52,021 nt of DNA, from assembly GCA_043800755.1 (NCBI GenBank), contig JAZDMQ010000063.1:1-52021 (forward strand), given 5' to 3'. The translations under genes and the position numbers were made by a program. The notes under the pieces are model-generated. The model was not told where the DNA came from. It did not search any database and worked only from the letters and a program-made list of their open reading frames with translations. This document shows positions 7,706 to 17,293 of this stretch, one piece after another (the first letter of the stretch is position 1; each line of letters begins with the position of its first letter). This stretch comes from a bacterium. GTDB taxonomy: Bacteria; Methylomirabilota; Methylomirabilia; CAVQYV01.

Positions 7706-10510
7706 ATGATCAGGGAAAAGGCGCGCTTCCTGAGAAAAAGTCGCGGCCATTCAGGAGAGGGGGCCGCCCCCCCTCCTCTGCCTGCCGGAGAGAAGTACCG
7801 GGAACTGGAGGGCCTTCTCCGGTCTGTAGAGAGAGAGGCCCGGGGGCTATCCGAGGAGTCTCGGCGAAAGGGCTATTTGGAGACCTTCCGTTCCTTTTAC
7901 CGTAAGGAGCAAGGGCGAATTCATCAGCTCCATCGACTGGGCGACAGCGGCCGTCAGGTGATCGAGGAACGGTCCGATCTCATGGATGCCATCATTCAGC
8001 ACCTGTATGCCCTGGCGGACCCGACTGACTCCCATTCCTCGGGAGAAGGGAAGCTGGGATGTGCCACCCTGGCCCTGGGTGGATATGGCCGCCGGGAACT
8101 TCATCCCGAATCCGACATCGATATCATGTTTCTCACTCAGGGGGGGTTCGAGGCCTGCCATAGCCCTCTGGTAGAGGGGGTGCTCTACCCCCTGTGGGAC
8201 ATGGGACTGGTGGTGGGGCACAGTTGCCGCTCCATCAATGAATGTTTGAGGATGGCTCGCAAAGACCTCACGATCAAGACCTCCCTTCTGGAGGCGCGTT
8301 ACCTCACTGGAGATCGGTCCGTCTTCGACCGATTCGAGGTCAAATTGGCCAAGGAGGTGATCGAGGCTAAGGTCTCCCAGTTCCTGCGCCAGAAGATCGC
8401 GGAGCTGGAGGCCCGGTATCAGAAATTTGGCCGTTCCCTCTATCTCCAGGAGCCGAACATCAAGGAGAGCATGGGCGGGCTGCGGGATCTGCACACTGCC
8501 CAGTGGATGGCCCGGGCGCGCTTTGGGACCTCCACCCTGGAAGGGCTGGCGGAGCGGGGGGTCATCGGGCAGGAGGACCTGGCCCAAGCCCGGGAGGTGC
8601 TCAATTTCATGTGGCGGCTGCGCAACGAGCTTCATTATCTCTACGGACAGAAAAACGATGTGCTCTCCCTGGCCCTGCAGAAGCAGGTCGCCCGTCAGCT
8701 GGGCTATCTGGATGATGGGCGGGCCTTTGGGGTAGAGCGTCTCATGCGCCAGTACTATCTCTACGCGCGCCTTTTGCATCATCTCTCGGAGAGGATCATC
8801 TATCGATGCCTTCTCCAAACCTCGGGGGTGAGAGAGATCATGGAGAGATTCAGGGCCCGGGAAATGGGCGACGGGTTGGTAGAAATGAAGGGACAGATCG
8901 GGATATGGTCCAAGGACAAGGAGGAATTCGCCAGGGATCCCTTGAACCTGTTGCGAGTCTTTCTGCGGGCCCTGCGCAGCCACTATTCCCTGACCCAGGA
9001 CATGAAGGACCTGATCCGCTCTCATGTGGATTCCTTGGATGATGGGTTTCGCAATTCTCCCAAGGCCTTTTCCCTCTTTTCCTCCATACTGAAAGAGGGC
9101 CCCGGCCTCGCCCGGGCCCTGCGGACCATGCACGAATGCGGACTGTTGGGGGCCTACCTCCCCGAATTTGGGCGCCTGACCTGCCTGGTGCAATACGACT
9201 TCTATCATAAGTACACCGCGGATGAGCACACCTTTATCGCCTTCAAACACCTGGAAAAACTGCTGCAGGCGCCCCCGGCCGAGCCCAACGAGTTTTATAG
9301 CATCGCCAAGGAGATGGAGGCGCCTGAGCTCTTCAAGCTGGCCCTCCTGCTGCACGATGTGGGCAAGGCCGAGGGTAAAGACCATGTGAGCAAGGGCAGC
9401 CGCATTGTGGCCTCCCTCCTCTCCCGCTTCCCCTTGAGCGACGAGGAAAAGGAGGTCGTCCTCTTTCTGGTTTCCCATCACCTCACCATGGCGCACATCG
9501 CCGAGCGGAGAGACTTGGATGATGAACGCGTCATCGTGGAATTCGCCAAGATGATGAAGGATCTGCCGCGGCTGAAGATGCTCTATCTGCATACCTATCT
9601 GGATGTCAAGGCGGTGAACCCCGAGGCCTGGACTGAATGGAAGGCAACCCTGCTCTGGGAGCTTTACATCAAGACCCACACTATCCTCACCCGGGGCATC
9701 CCCGAGGAGAAGGAGGATTTGCTCCGGGCGGAGAAGATCCGGGGCCAGGTCCTGGAGGATCTCAAAGCAGGGATGGAGGAGGCCTTCATCCGCACCCATC
9801 TCGACCAGATGCCGGTGCGTTATATCCTTACCACCCCTCGGGCGAAGGTTGCCTCGCATTTGCATCTGGTAGCCCATCTCCATGATAGCCCCTTGGCCAC
9901 CAAGCTGCAGCACTTCCCCCAGATTGGCTGTTCGGAGTTCACCGTCTGCACCTTCTCCCAGCCCGGCCAGTTCGCCAATATCGTTGGGGTATTGAGCGCC
10001 CATGGCATCAATATCCTCTCTGCCCAGATCTACACCCGCTCCGATGGGATTGTGATCGATACCTTCCAGGTCAATAACCTGCAGGGAATGGCCGTTCGCA
10101 ACGAGTCTTTGTGGCAAAGGGTGGAGAATGAGCTGAAAGGGGTACTGGAAGGCCGCCTGCAGGTGGAGGATCTGATCGCGGCCGGCGGAAAGCGGTATGG
10201 TGATCGATTCGGGAAGAAGGCCCTAGCCCTTCCTCCACGGGTCGAGTTCGACAATTACATCTCTGACGCTTACACCGTGATCGATGTGCGGACCAAAGAC
10301 CGGCTGGGGCTCCTATACCTGATCTCCCGGACCATCTCCTCCCTGGGATTGGACATCGCCTCTGCCAAGATCGCCACCGAAGTGGACCAGGCTATGGATG
10401 TCTTCTATGTGACCGAAACCCAGGGGGGGAAGGTAAAAGATGAGGGCCGCCTGGAGAAGATCAAGGGCACCTTGGAAGAGGTGCTCTCCCAACAACATAG
10501 GGGGGCGTGA
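7706..10510 (+). CDS. glnD: [Protein-PII] uridylyltransferase/uridylyl-removing enzyme
   Basis: NT motif ALGGYGRRELHPESDIDI, EPNIKESMGGLRD, HD domain (YHKYTADEH...LLHDVGK), two C-terminal ACT domains (DRLGLL). Confidence 0.95.
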   Translation: MIREKARFLRKSRGHSGEGAAPPPLPAGEKYRELEGLLRSVEREARGLSEESRRKGYLETFRSFYRKEQGRIHQLHRLGDSGRQVIEERSDLMDAIIQHLYALADPTDSHSSGEGKLGCATLALGGYGRRELHPESDIDIMFLTQGGFEACHSPLVEGVLYPLWDMGLVVGHSCRSINECLRMARKDLTIKTSLLEARYLTGDRSVFDRFEVKLAKEVIEAKVSQFLRQKIAELEARYQKFGRSLYLQEPNIKESMGGLRDLHTAQWMARARFGTSTLEGLAERGVIGQEDLAQAREVLNFMWRLRNELHYLYGQKNDVLSLALQKQVARQLGYLDDGRAFGVERLMRQYYLYARLLHHLSERIIYRCLLQTSGVREIMERFRAREMGDGLVEMKGQIGIWSKDKEEFARDPLNLLRVFLRALRSHYSLTQDMKDLIRSHVDSLDDGFRNSPKAFSLFSSILKEGPGLARALRTMHECGLLGAYLPEFGRLTCLVQYDFYHKYTADEHTFIAFKHLEKLLQAPPAEPNEFYSIAKEMEAPELFKLALLLHDVGKAEGKDHVSKGSRIVASLLSRFPLSDEEKEVVLFLVSHHLTMAHIAERRDLDDERVIVEFAKMMKDLPRLKMLYLHTYLDVKAVNPEAWTEWKATLLWELYIKTHTILTRGIPEEKEDLLRAEKIRGQVLEDLKAGMEEAFIRTHLDQMPVRYILTTPRAKVASHLHLVAHLHDSPLATKLQHFPQIGCSEFTVCTFSQPGQFANIVGVLSAHGINILSAQIYTRSDGIVIDTFQVNNLQGMAVRNESLWQRVENELKGVLEGRLQVEDLIAAGGKRYGDRFGKKALALPPRVEFDNYISDAYTVIDVRTKDRLGLLYLISRTISSLGLDIASAKIATEVDQAMDVFYVTETQGGKVKDEGRLEKIKGTLEEVLSQQHRGA

Positions 10511-10511
10511 G

Positions 10512-11390
10512 GTGGTGAAAGGGAGCACCAAGGTCTGCATGATCCTCGGCTATCCCTTGAAGCACAGCCGCTCTCCCCTCATGCACAATGCGGCCTTCGC
10601 TGTCCTGGGCTTAGATTACATTTACATTCCAGTGGAGATCAGGCCCGGGGGCCTCGCCTCCATGGTCAAGGCGATACGGGAGCAGGAGAATTTTGGGGGG
10701 GCGAATATCACCGTCCCCTACAAGGTGGAGGTGAGGGAATATCTGGATGGATGGAGCAAAGAGGCAGAGCGGATCGGGGCGGTCAACACCCTCTCCAGGA
10801 GAGGAGGCAAGCTCTGGGGGGAAAACACCGATGGCCGGGGCTTCCTGACCTCCCTTCGGGAAGAAGCAGGGTTTTTGCCCCAGGGAAAGCGGGTGATGCT
10901 CCTGGGAGCGGGAGGGGCGGCCCGGGCGGTTGCCCAAAGCCTGGTCCAGGAAGGGGCGGAAAAGATCTATTTGGTGAATCGCACGGCGGAGAAGGCCCGG
11001 CAATTGACATCCTCCCTGAGCGGGAGGGCGGAAAGCGGGTCCGTGATGCCCATGGGTTTTGCCGATCCTCCCTTTGGCGACGCCCTGCAGGGATGCCACC
11101 TGTTGATCAACTCCACCTCGGTGGGCCTGGGTCGGGATGATCCTCCCCTGTTCGACTATCATCTCCTGCCTTCCATGCTGCTGGTTTACGATCTCATCTA
11201 TGACCCCCCCTTGACTCCTTTGCTGAGGGCGGCCCAGGAGAGGGGATGCGCAGTGCTCAATGGCCTCGGCATGCTGGTTCATCAGGGTGCCCTCTCCTTT
11301 GAAATATGGACCGGGAGGCGAGCTCCGGTAGAGGCGATGAGAGAGGCGGTGCAGGCACGAGATAATTTGCTTGACATGCCTGTTCGCTGA
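10512..11390 (+). CDS. aroE: Shikimate dehydrogenase
   Basis: GTG start at 10512 or 10515. HSRSPLMHN, GANITVPYK, GAVNT, NTDG, GAGGAA, NRT, GLGMLVHQG. Confidence 0.94.
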   Translation: MVKGSTKVCMILGYPLKHSRSPLMHNAAFAVLGLDYIYIPVEIRPGGLASMVKAIREQENFGGANITVPYKVEVREYLDGWSKEAERIGAVNTLSRRGGKLWGENTDGRGFLTSLREEAGFLPQGKRVMLLGAGGAARAVAQSLVQEGAEKIYLVNRTAEKARQLTSSLSGRAESGSVMPMGFADPPFGDALQGCHLLINSTSVGLGRDDPPLFDYHLLPSMLLVYDLIYDPPLTPLLRAAQERGCAVLNGLGMLVHQGALSFEIWTGRRAPVEAMREAVQARDNLLDMPVR

Positions 11391-11399
11391 AATTATATT
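11371..11399 (+). promoter_or_regulatory. sigma70-type promoter of the pilB operon
   Basis: TTGACA (11371-11376), 17 bp, TATATT (11394-11399), overlapping the aroE 3' end. Confidence 0.7.
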
Positions 11400-11469
11400 A
11401 ATATATTAGCCGAAATAGAACGCAGCGGGGAAAATCTCCCTGCCATGCGTCGATCAAGCGGGAAGGGAT

Positions 11470-13179
11470 ATGACGATGTCCGTAGGAACGGCCAGGTTGG
11501 GCGAGCTTTTGGTAAAGGCTAACCTCATCACCGATGAGCAGTTGAAGAAGGCCCTGCAACAGCAGGACAACTCGGGAGGCAGGTTAGGGTCCAATCTCGT
11601 CAAATTGGGATATGTGAGCGAGGACGATATCACCTCCTTCTTGAGCAAACAGTATGGAGTTCCCTCCATCAATCTCTCCCATTTTGAGATCGATCCTACC
11701 GTCGTTAAACTGGTGCCACCTGAGGTTGCCCAGAAACATCTGGTCATCCCCCTCAATCGAACCGGGTCGGTGCTTACCGTTGCCATGGCCGACCCCTCCA
11801 ATATCTTCGCCATCGACGATATCAAATTCATGACCGGCTTTAAGGTAGAGTCGGTCGTCGCCTCGGAGACCTCCATTAAGAATGCCATCAACCGGTATTA
11901 CGATTCGGCGGGCCTGGTACATGATATCATGAAGAACTTCGACGATCGAGAGGTCAGCCAGGTGGGAGAGAGCGATGAAGAGATCAATATCTCTGAGCTA
12001 CAACAGGCCACTGAGGATGCCCCGGTCGTCAAGCTGGTCAATCTCATCCTGACCGAGGCCATCAAGAAGGGCGCCTCAGATATCCACATCGAGCCCTATG
12101 AGAAGTCATTTCGGGTTCGATACCGGATTGACGGCGTCCTCTATGAGGTGATGAGTCCCCCGATGAAGCTGAAGGCCGCGCTTACCTCTCGGGTCAAGAT
12201 CATGGCCCAGCTGGATATCTCGGAACGTAGGTTGCCGCAGGACGGCCGGATCAAGATCCGGATGACCGGGAAGGAGATGGATTATCGCGTCTCCACCCTG
12301 CCGACCCTCTTCGGAGAGAAGGTGGTGCTCCGCCTTCTGGACAAGTCCAATCTGCAACTGGACATGACCAAGCTCGGTTTCGAGGTGAAGGCCCTGGCGA
12401 ATTTTGAGGCGGCGATCACCGCCCCCTACGGCATGGTCCTGGTGACGGGTCCCACCGGATCGGGCAAGACGACCACCCTTTACTCCGCCTTGAACCGAAT
12501 TAATAGCCCGGAGACCAATATTATGACCGCCGAAGACCCGGTGGAGTTCAATCTTCCAGGGATCAATCAGGTGCAAATGAAGGCGGAGATTGGGCTCAAT
12601 TTTGCGGCCGCCCTGAGATCTTTCCTGCGGCAAGACCCCGATGTGATTCTGGTGGGAGAGATCCGGGATTACGAGACGGCCGAAATCGGGATTAAGGCGG
12701 CCTTGACCGGGCATCTGGTCCTTTCCACTCTGCACACCAATGATGCCCCCAGCACCGTTTCGCGGCTCCTCAATATGGGGGTGGAGCCCTTTTTAGTGTC
12801 GGCCTCTACCAACCTCATCCTGGCCCAGCGGCTGGTCCGCAAGACCTGTCGGGATTGCAAGGAGGAAGTGCAGGTTCCAGCCTCCGCGTTGGTCAACCTC
12901 GGGTTTTCTGCCCAAGACGGGAAATCCCTGACCTGTTACCATGGTAAGGGTTGCAGCAACTGCAGTGAAACCGGATACAAAGGCCGGCTAGCCCTGTACG
13001 AAGTGATGGTGATCAACGAGGAGATCAAGAAACTGGTCCTGGATGGGGCCTCCACCATAGAGCTCCGGGAAGCTGCCCGCAAGAACGAGATGCGGACCTT
13101 GCGGGAGAGTGGTCTGCAGAAGCTACGAGAGGGCATCACCACCGTAGAAGAAATCATGAGAGTAACAACGGGGTCATAA
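11470..13179 (+). CDS. pilB: Type IVa pilus assembly ATPase with N-terminal MshEN-like domain
   Basis: Two RLG repeats at the N-terminus, GASDIHIEP, Walker A GPTGSGKT, LRQDPD, Zn CxxC pairs. Confidence 0.95.
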   Translation: MTMSVGTARLGELLVKANLITDEQLKKALQQQDNSGGRLGSNLVKLGYVSEDDITSFLSKQYGVPSINLSHFEIDPTVVKLVPPEVAQKHLVIPLNRTGSVLTVAMADPSNIFAIDDIKFMTGFKVESVVASETSIKNAINRYYDSAGLVHDIMKNFDDREVSQVGESDEEINISELQQATEDAPVVKLVNLILTEAIKKGASDIHIEPYEKSFRVRYRIDGVLYEVMSPPMKLKAALTSRVKIMAQLDISERRLPQDGRIKIRMTGKEMDYRVSTLPTLFGEKVVLRLLDKSNLQLDMTKLGFEVKALANFEAAITAPYGMVLVTGPTGSGKTTTLYSALNRINSPETNIMTAEDPVEFNLPGINQVQMKAEIGLNFAAALRSFLRQDPDVILVGEIRDYETAEIGIKAALTGHLVLSTLHTNDAPSTVSRLLNMGVEPFLVSASTNLILAQRLVRKTCRDCKEEVQVPASALVNLGFSAQDGKSLTCYHGKGCSNCSETGYKGRLALYEVMVINEEIKKLVLDGASTIELREAARKNEMRTLRESGLQKLREGITTVEEIMRVTTGS

Positions 13180-13183
13180 CGCC

Positions 13184-14272
13184 ATGGCGAACCTGCAAGA
13201 GATGTTAAAGGTCATGATAGAGAAGGGGGGCTCGGACCTCCACCTCACCACGGGAGTTCCGCCTATGCTGCGCCTGCATGGCAAGCTGATGCCCCTCGAC
13301 CTCCCCCCCCTGACCCCTGCCGACACCAAATCCTTAGCCTACAGCATCCTCACCGACGCCCAAAAGCACAAATTCGAAGAGAACAAGGAGCTGGATTTTT
13401 CCTTCGGGGTGAAGGGGCTGAGCCGCTTTCGGTCGAATGTCTTCATGCAACGGGGGGCCGTAGCCGTTGCCATCCGCACCATCCCCTATACCATCTTGAG
13501 TTTTGAGGAGTTGGGCCTCCCCAAGATCGTATCGGAGTTGTGCGATAAGCCCAAGGGCCTGGTTCTGGTGACGGGTCCCACCGGATCCGGAAAATCGACC
13601 ACCCTGGCCTCCATGATCAATAAGATCAATACCGAGCGGCAGGAGCATATCATCACCATCGAGGACCCGATTGAATATGTCCATCAACACAAAAAATGCG
13701 TGGTGAATCAGCGAGAGCTGAATTCCGATACCTATTCCTTTAAGGCGGCCCTTAAGTCCGTGTTGCGTGAGGACCCCGATAAGGTACTGATTGGGGAGAT
13801 GCGGGACCTGGAGACCATTGAAGCCGCGTTGGTCATCGCCGAAACCGGGCACCTCACCTTTGCCACGCTGCACACCAACTCCGCGGTGCAGACCATCAAC
13901 CGCATCATCGACGTTTTTCCTGCTCACCAGCAGCCGCAAATCCGGGCTCAGATCTCCTTCGTCCTGGAGGGGGTGCTCTGTCAGATGCTCATCCCCAAGG
14001 CCAATGGGCAGGGGAGAGTTCTGGCCCTCGAGATCATGATCCCCAACCCGGCGATTCGCAACCTGATCCGGGAGGAAAAGGTGCATCAGATCTATTCCGC
14101 GATGCAGACCGGACAGGAGAAGTTCAACATGGTGACCATGAACCAATCCTTGATGAACCATTACCTGGCAAGAAATATCACCCTGGAAGAGGCGATGAGT
14201 CGTTCTACTATACCCGAGGAGCTGACCCAGATGATCCAGAGGGCCCAGATTGCCCAGGGAGCCAGGAGATAG
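13184..14272 (+). CDS. pilT: Type IV pilus retraction ATPase
   Basis: SDLH, GPTGSGKST, LREDPD, ETGHL...TLHT, AIRNLIRE motif. Confidence 0.96.
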   Translation: MANLQEMLKVMIEKGGSDLHLTTGVPPMLRLHGKLMPLDLPPLTPADTKSLAYSILTDAQKHKFEENKELDFSFGVKGLSRFRSNVFMQRGAVAVAIRTIPYTILSFEELGLPKIVSELCDKPKGLVLVTGPTGSGKSTTLASMINKINTERQEHIITIEDPIEYVHQHKKCVVNQRELNSDTYSFKAALKSVLREDPDKVLIGEMRDLETIEAALVIAETGHLTFATLHTNSAVQTINRIIDVFPAHQQPQIRAQISFVLEGVLCQMLIPKANGQGRVLALEIMIPNPAIRNLIREEKVHQIYSAMQTGQEKFNMVTMNQSLMNHYLARNITLEEAMSRSTIPEELTQMIQRAQIAQGARR

Positions 14273-14294
14273 GGAGAAACGGGAGGGCAAGGCT

Positions 14295-15506
14295 ATGCCA
14301 GTTTTTGCCTACACAGGAAGGACCCGACAAGGACAGACGGTGAGTGGTGAGATGGAGGCCTCCAACCCCGAGGCGGTAGTTTCCACCCTGCGACGGCAGC
14401 AGATCATCACCACCTCGGTGAAGGCCAAGGCCAGGGACATCCAGATCTCGATTCCCGGCTTTGGAGGCAAGGTATCGGAGAAAGAGGTGGCGATCTTCAC
14501 CCGCCAATTCTCCACCATGATCGACGCCGGCCTTCCTCTGGTGCAAAGTCTGGAGATCCTGGCCAGTCAGCAGGATAATAAGGCCTTTCAGAAGGTCCTG
14601 GTCCAGATTCGCCAGGATGTGGAGGGGGGCGCTACCCTGGCGGCTGCCCTCAAGAAACAACCCAAGACCTTCACCGACCTCTATGCCAACATGGTGGAAG
14701 CGGGTGAGGCGGGAGGTATTCTGGACACCATCCTCAACCGCCTGGCTGCCTACATCGAGAAGTCCATCTCCCTGAAGAAGAAGGTCAAGTCGGCCATGAT
14801 CTATCCCTCCACCATTGTGAGCGTGGCACTCGTGGTTGTCACCTTCCTGCTGCTCTTCGTGATCCCCACCTTCAAGTCCATGTTTGAGGGGTTCGGTGCC
14901 ACCCTTCCCCTGCCCACCCGCATCATCCTGGAATTGAGCCGGCTGGTGCGCCAGTTCTTCATCCCGGTGATCATTGCCTTCGTCGGCATGATCATTGGCC
15001 TGCGTTACTATTACAAGACCGAGAAGGGAAGGAAGGTGATCGATACCCTCCTGCTCAAGGCGCCCGTCTTTGGGATGTTGCTGCGCAAGGTGGCGGTGGC
15101 AAAATTCACCCGCACCCTGGGGACTCTCATCTCGAGCGGGGTTGCCATCCTGGATGGCCTGGAGATCACCGCCCGCACCGCGGGCAATAAGGTGGTGGAG
15201 GAAGCCATCATGAAGACCCGGGTGAGCATCGCCGAGGGGAAAACCATCGCAGCTCCCCTGAAAGAGACCACGGTCTTTCCCCCCATGGTGGTGCAAATGA
15301 TCGCCGTGGGCGAGCAGACCGGGGCCTTAGATTCGATGCTCTCCAAGATCGCTGATTTCTACGACGATGAAGTGGACACAACGGTGTCCAATCTTACCTC
15401 CCTCCTGGAACCACTACTGATGGTTTTCTTGGGAGTGGTAGTTGGAGGCGTGGTCATCGCGATGTACTTGCCCATCTTCAAGCTGGTTACGGTGGTTGGA
15501 AAATAG
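14295..15506 (+). CDS. pilC: Type IV pilus platform protein (GspF family)
   Basis: Start MPVFAYTG at 14295. FTRQFSTMIDAGLP, AGEAGG, KSAMIYP, VGEQTG, AMYLPIF. Confidence 0.95.
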   Translation: MPVFAYTGRTRQGQTVSGEMEASNPEAVVSTLRRQQIITTSVKAKARDIQISIPGFGGKVSEKEVAIFTRQFSTMIDAGLPLVQSLEILASQQDNKAFQKVLVQIRQDVEGGATLAAALKKQPKTFTDLYANMVEAGEAGGILDTILNRLAAYIEKSISLKKKVKSAMIYPSTIVSVALVVVTFLLLFVIPTFKSMFEGFGATLPLPTRIILELSRLVRQFFIPVIIAFVGMIIGLRYYYKTEKGRKVIDTLLLKAPVFGMLLRKVAVAKFTRTLGTLISSGVAILDGLEITARTAGNKVVEEAIMKTRVSIAEGKTIAAPLKETTVFPPMVVQMIAVGEQTGALDSMLSKIADFYDDEVDTTVSNLTSLLEPLLMVFLGVVVGGVVIAMYLPIFKLVTVVGK

Positions 15507-15552
15507 GCGAGATCGACATCGTCTCGATGTCTCGATCCGGGGAGGGAAAAGG

Positions 15553-15576
15553 AGGCGGCTGAGGGCCGCCTTTTTT
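15553..15576 (+). terminator. Intrinsic terminator after pilC
   Basis: AGGCGGC-TGAGG-GCCGCCT stem-loop followed by a T run. Confidence 0.7.
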
Positions 15577-15584
15577 CTTGAGGG

Positions 15585-17261
15585 ATGACCAAGGGAAAGT
15601 CGGAACCAGATACCCAAGGGATGGTCCGTCGCATCCGATGGCTCATGGGATTGAGGCTGGCGGTGGTGATCATCTTCTTGGGTTCGGCGACCTTCATCCA
15701 GATCAAAGAAGCACCGCCCTTCTCCATGGCCCCCCTCTACTTCCTGCTCTTCCTTACCTTCTTTTTCAGTTTGATCTTTTCCCTCCTCCTCAATCGGGTA
15801 CGCCAACTGCAGCTCTTTTGCTATGTCCAGATCGGCTGCGACCTCCTTCTCGAAACAGGGCTGATCCACTATACGGGTGGCCTGGAGAGCGCTTTTTCCT
15901 TCATCTACATCTTCTCCATCATCGCCGCCGCCAGCCTGCTGCAGCGGCGCGGGAGCCTGCTGATCGCCTCTGCCAGCAGCATCCTCTATGGTGGGCTCAT
16001 CAATCTGGAGTTCTATGGGATTCTCCCCCACATCGGATTATTCGAGTCCAAGTGGCCCCATCAGTCTGGATATTCCTTTTTCCTGGTTTTCGTCAATGTG
16101 GCGGCCTACTTCTTGGTGGCCCTGCTTTCCAGCCATTTGGCGGAGCGGCTAAGGGAGACGGGGAGGAAGCTGGAGGAGAGGTCCACCGACCTCTACGATC
16201 TGCAGAGCCTGTACCGGGATGTGGTGGCCAATATCTCCTCCGGGCTGATCACCCTGAACCGGCAAGGCCTCATCATCTCCTTCAATCAAGCGGCAGAGAC
16301 CATGGTCGGATACCGGGCAGAAGAGCTGATTGGCCGGCCCTGGAAGGAATCTCCCTTTTCCCAGTCCCGTGAGATCGCCGCCTTTTACCAAGCCAATGCC
16401 GTGCCTTCTTCCGGGATTTCCTCGGAGATGCAAGTCTTGCGAAAGGATGGGCAGTGGGTGCCGATCGGGATCAGCCTTTCTTCCCTGCGGGATGGTGAGG
16501 GAGAGACGGTAGGTTTGATCGCCATCTTCCGCGATCTGACAGAAATCAAGAAGATGGAAACGCAGCTGCGACGAGCAGATCGCCTGGCCGCCGTAGGACA
16601 GTTGGCAGCGGGGATCGCCCATGAGATCCGGAACCCCCTGGCGGCGATCAGCGGGTCGCTGCAGCTGCTGCAGGAAGAGGTGGCCCTTTCCCGGGCCGAT
16701 CGGCGGCTCCTGGATATCGTGCTGCGGGAGGCCGAGCGGCTGAAGCTGATCAGCGGGCAGTTCCTCGATTTCGTGCGGCCGAAATTCCTCTCCTCTCGCA
16801 GCCTGGAGCTGAATTCGCTTTTGGACGAGGTCGCCTTCCTTTTGGAGAAGAGCGCCGATCATGGCTCGGTCAGCGGGGTCCATCTGGAGAAAAGCCCCTC
16901 CCCGGTCTACTTGCAGGCAGACCCGGACCAGATCAAGCAGATGGTCTGGAACATCTCCCTCAATGCCCTGGAGGCAATGCCTCAAGGGGGAGAGTTAATC
17001 ATCCGGCTGAAGGATGCAGTGGAGGGGGATGGGTTCATCCTCCTGGAATTTAAGGATCAGGGCCAGGGGATTCCCGCCGAGCAACTGGAGCACATCTTCG
17101 ACCCCTTCTATACCACCAAGGAAGGGGGCACGGGCCTGGGCCTCTCTATTGCCCAGAAGATCGTTGATTCCCTCGGTGGAAGGATCGAGGTGGAAAGCAG
17201 GGTGGGGGAGGGCACCACCTTTCGGGTACTCTTCAAGAAGGAACCAGCGGACGGATCGTGA
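15585..17261 (+). CDS. pilS: Membrane PAS histidine kinase, PilS-type
   Basis: Multi-TM N-terminus with TGGLESAFSF, PAS domain, H-box AHEIRNPL, FYTTKEGGTGLGL. Located between pilC and pilR. Confidence 0.88.
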   Translation: MTKGKSEPDTQGMVRRIRWLMGLRLAVVIIFLGSATFIQIKEAPPFSMAPLYFLLFLTFFFSLIFSLLLNRVRQLQLFCYVQIGCDLLLETGLIHYTGGLESAFSFIYIFSIIAAASLLQRRGSLLIASASSILYGGLINLEFYGILPHIGLFESKWPHQSGYSFFLVFVNVAAYFLVALLSSHLAERLRETGRKLEERSTDLYDLQSLYRDVVANISSGLITLNRQGLIISFNQAAETMVGYRAEELIGRPWKESPFSQSREIAAFYQANAVPSSGISSEMQVLRKDGQWVPIGISLSSLRDGEGETVGLIAIFRDLTEIKKMETQLRRADRLAAVGQLAAGIAHEIRNPLAAISGSLQLLQEEVALSRADRRLLDIVLREAERLKLISGQFLDFVRPKFLSSRSLELNSLLDEVAFLLEKSADHGSVSGVHLEKSPSPVYLQADPDQIKQMVWNISLNALEAMPQGGELIIRLKDAVEGDGFILLEFKDQGQGIPAEQLEHIFDPFYTTKEGGTGLGLSIAQKIVDSLGGRIEVESRVGEGTTFRVLFKKEPADGS

Positions 17262-17293
17262 GCGCAGGATCAAATTCTCTTGGGAGTCCGAAG

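Noticed and set aside
7625..7706. Possible glutamine riboswitch or sigma54 promoter upstream of glnD (GTTCA...GAAGGAA; GGCACG)
   Set aside because: The closing stem and central conserved motif of the glnA RNA are absent, and the GG-N10-GC spacing fails.
7847..10117. 756 aa minus-strand ORF (likewise 41419-42819, 14208-15296, 36991-38037, 2352-3437)
   Set aside because: These lie antisense to well-supported genes, have no recognisable motifs, and are the expected shadow ORFs of GC-rich coding DNA.
11352..11370. sigma54-like GGCACG...TTGC upstream of pilB
   Set aside because: The GG-to-GC spacing is 13 rather than the required 10, and a good sigma70 promoter explains the region.
13303..13310. 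C8 tract in pilT (also G8 at 26803-26810 and T8 at 21265-21272) as phase-variation switches
   Set aside because: The tracts are short, the frames are intact, and such runs are expected in Pro/Gly/Phe codons. Only read-level length variation would revive this.
15578..16372. 264 aa alternative-frame ORF overlapping pilS
   Set aside because: Same-strand overlap with a clear histidine kinase, biased composition and no motifs.
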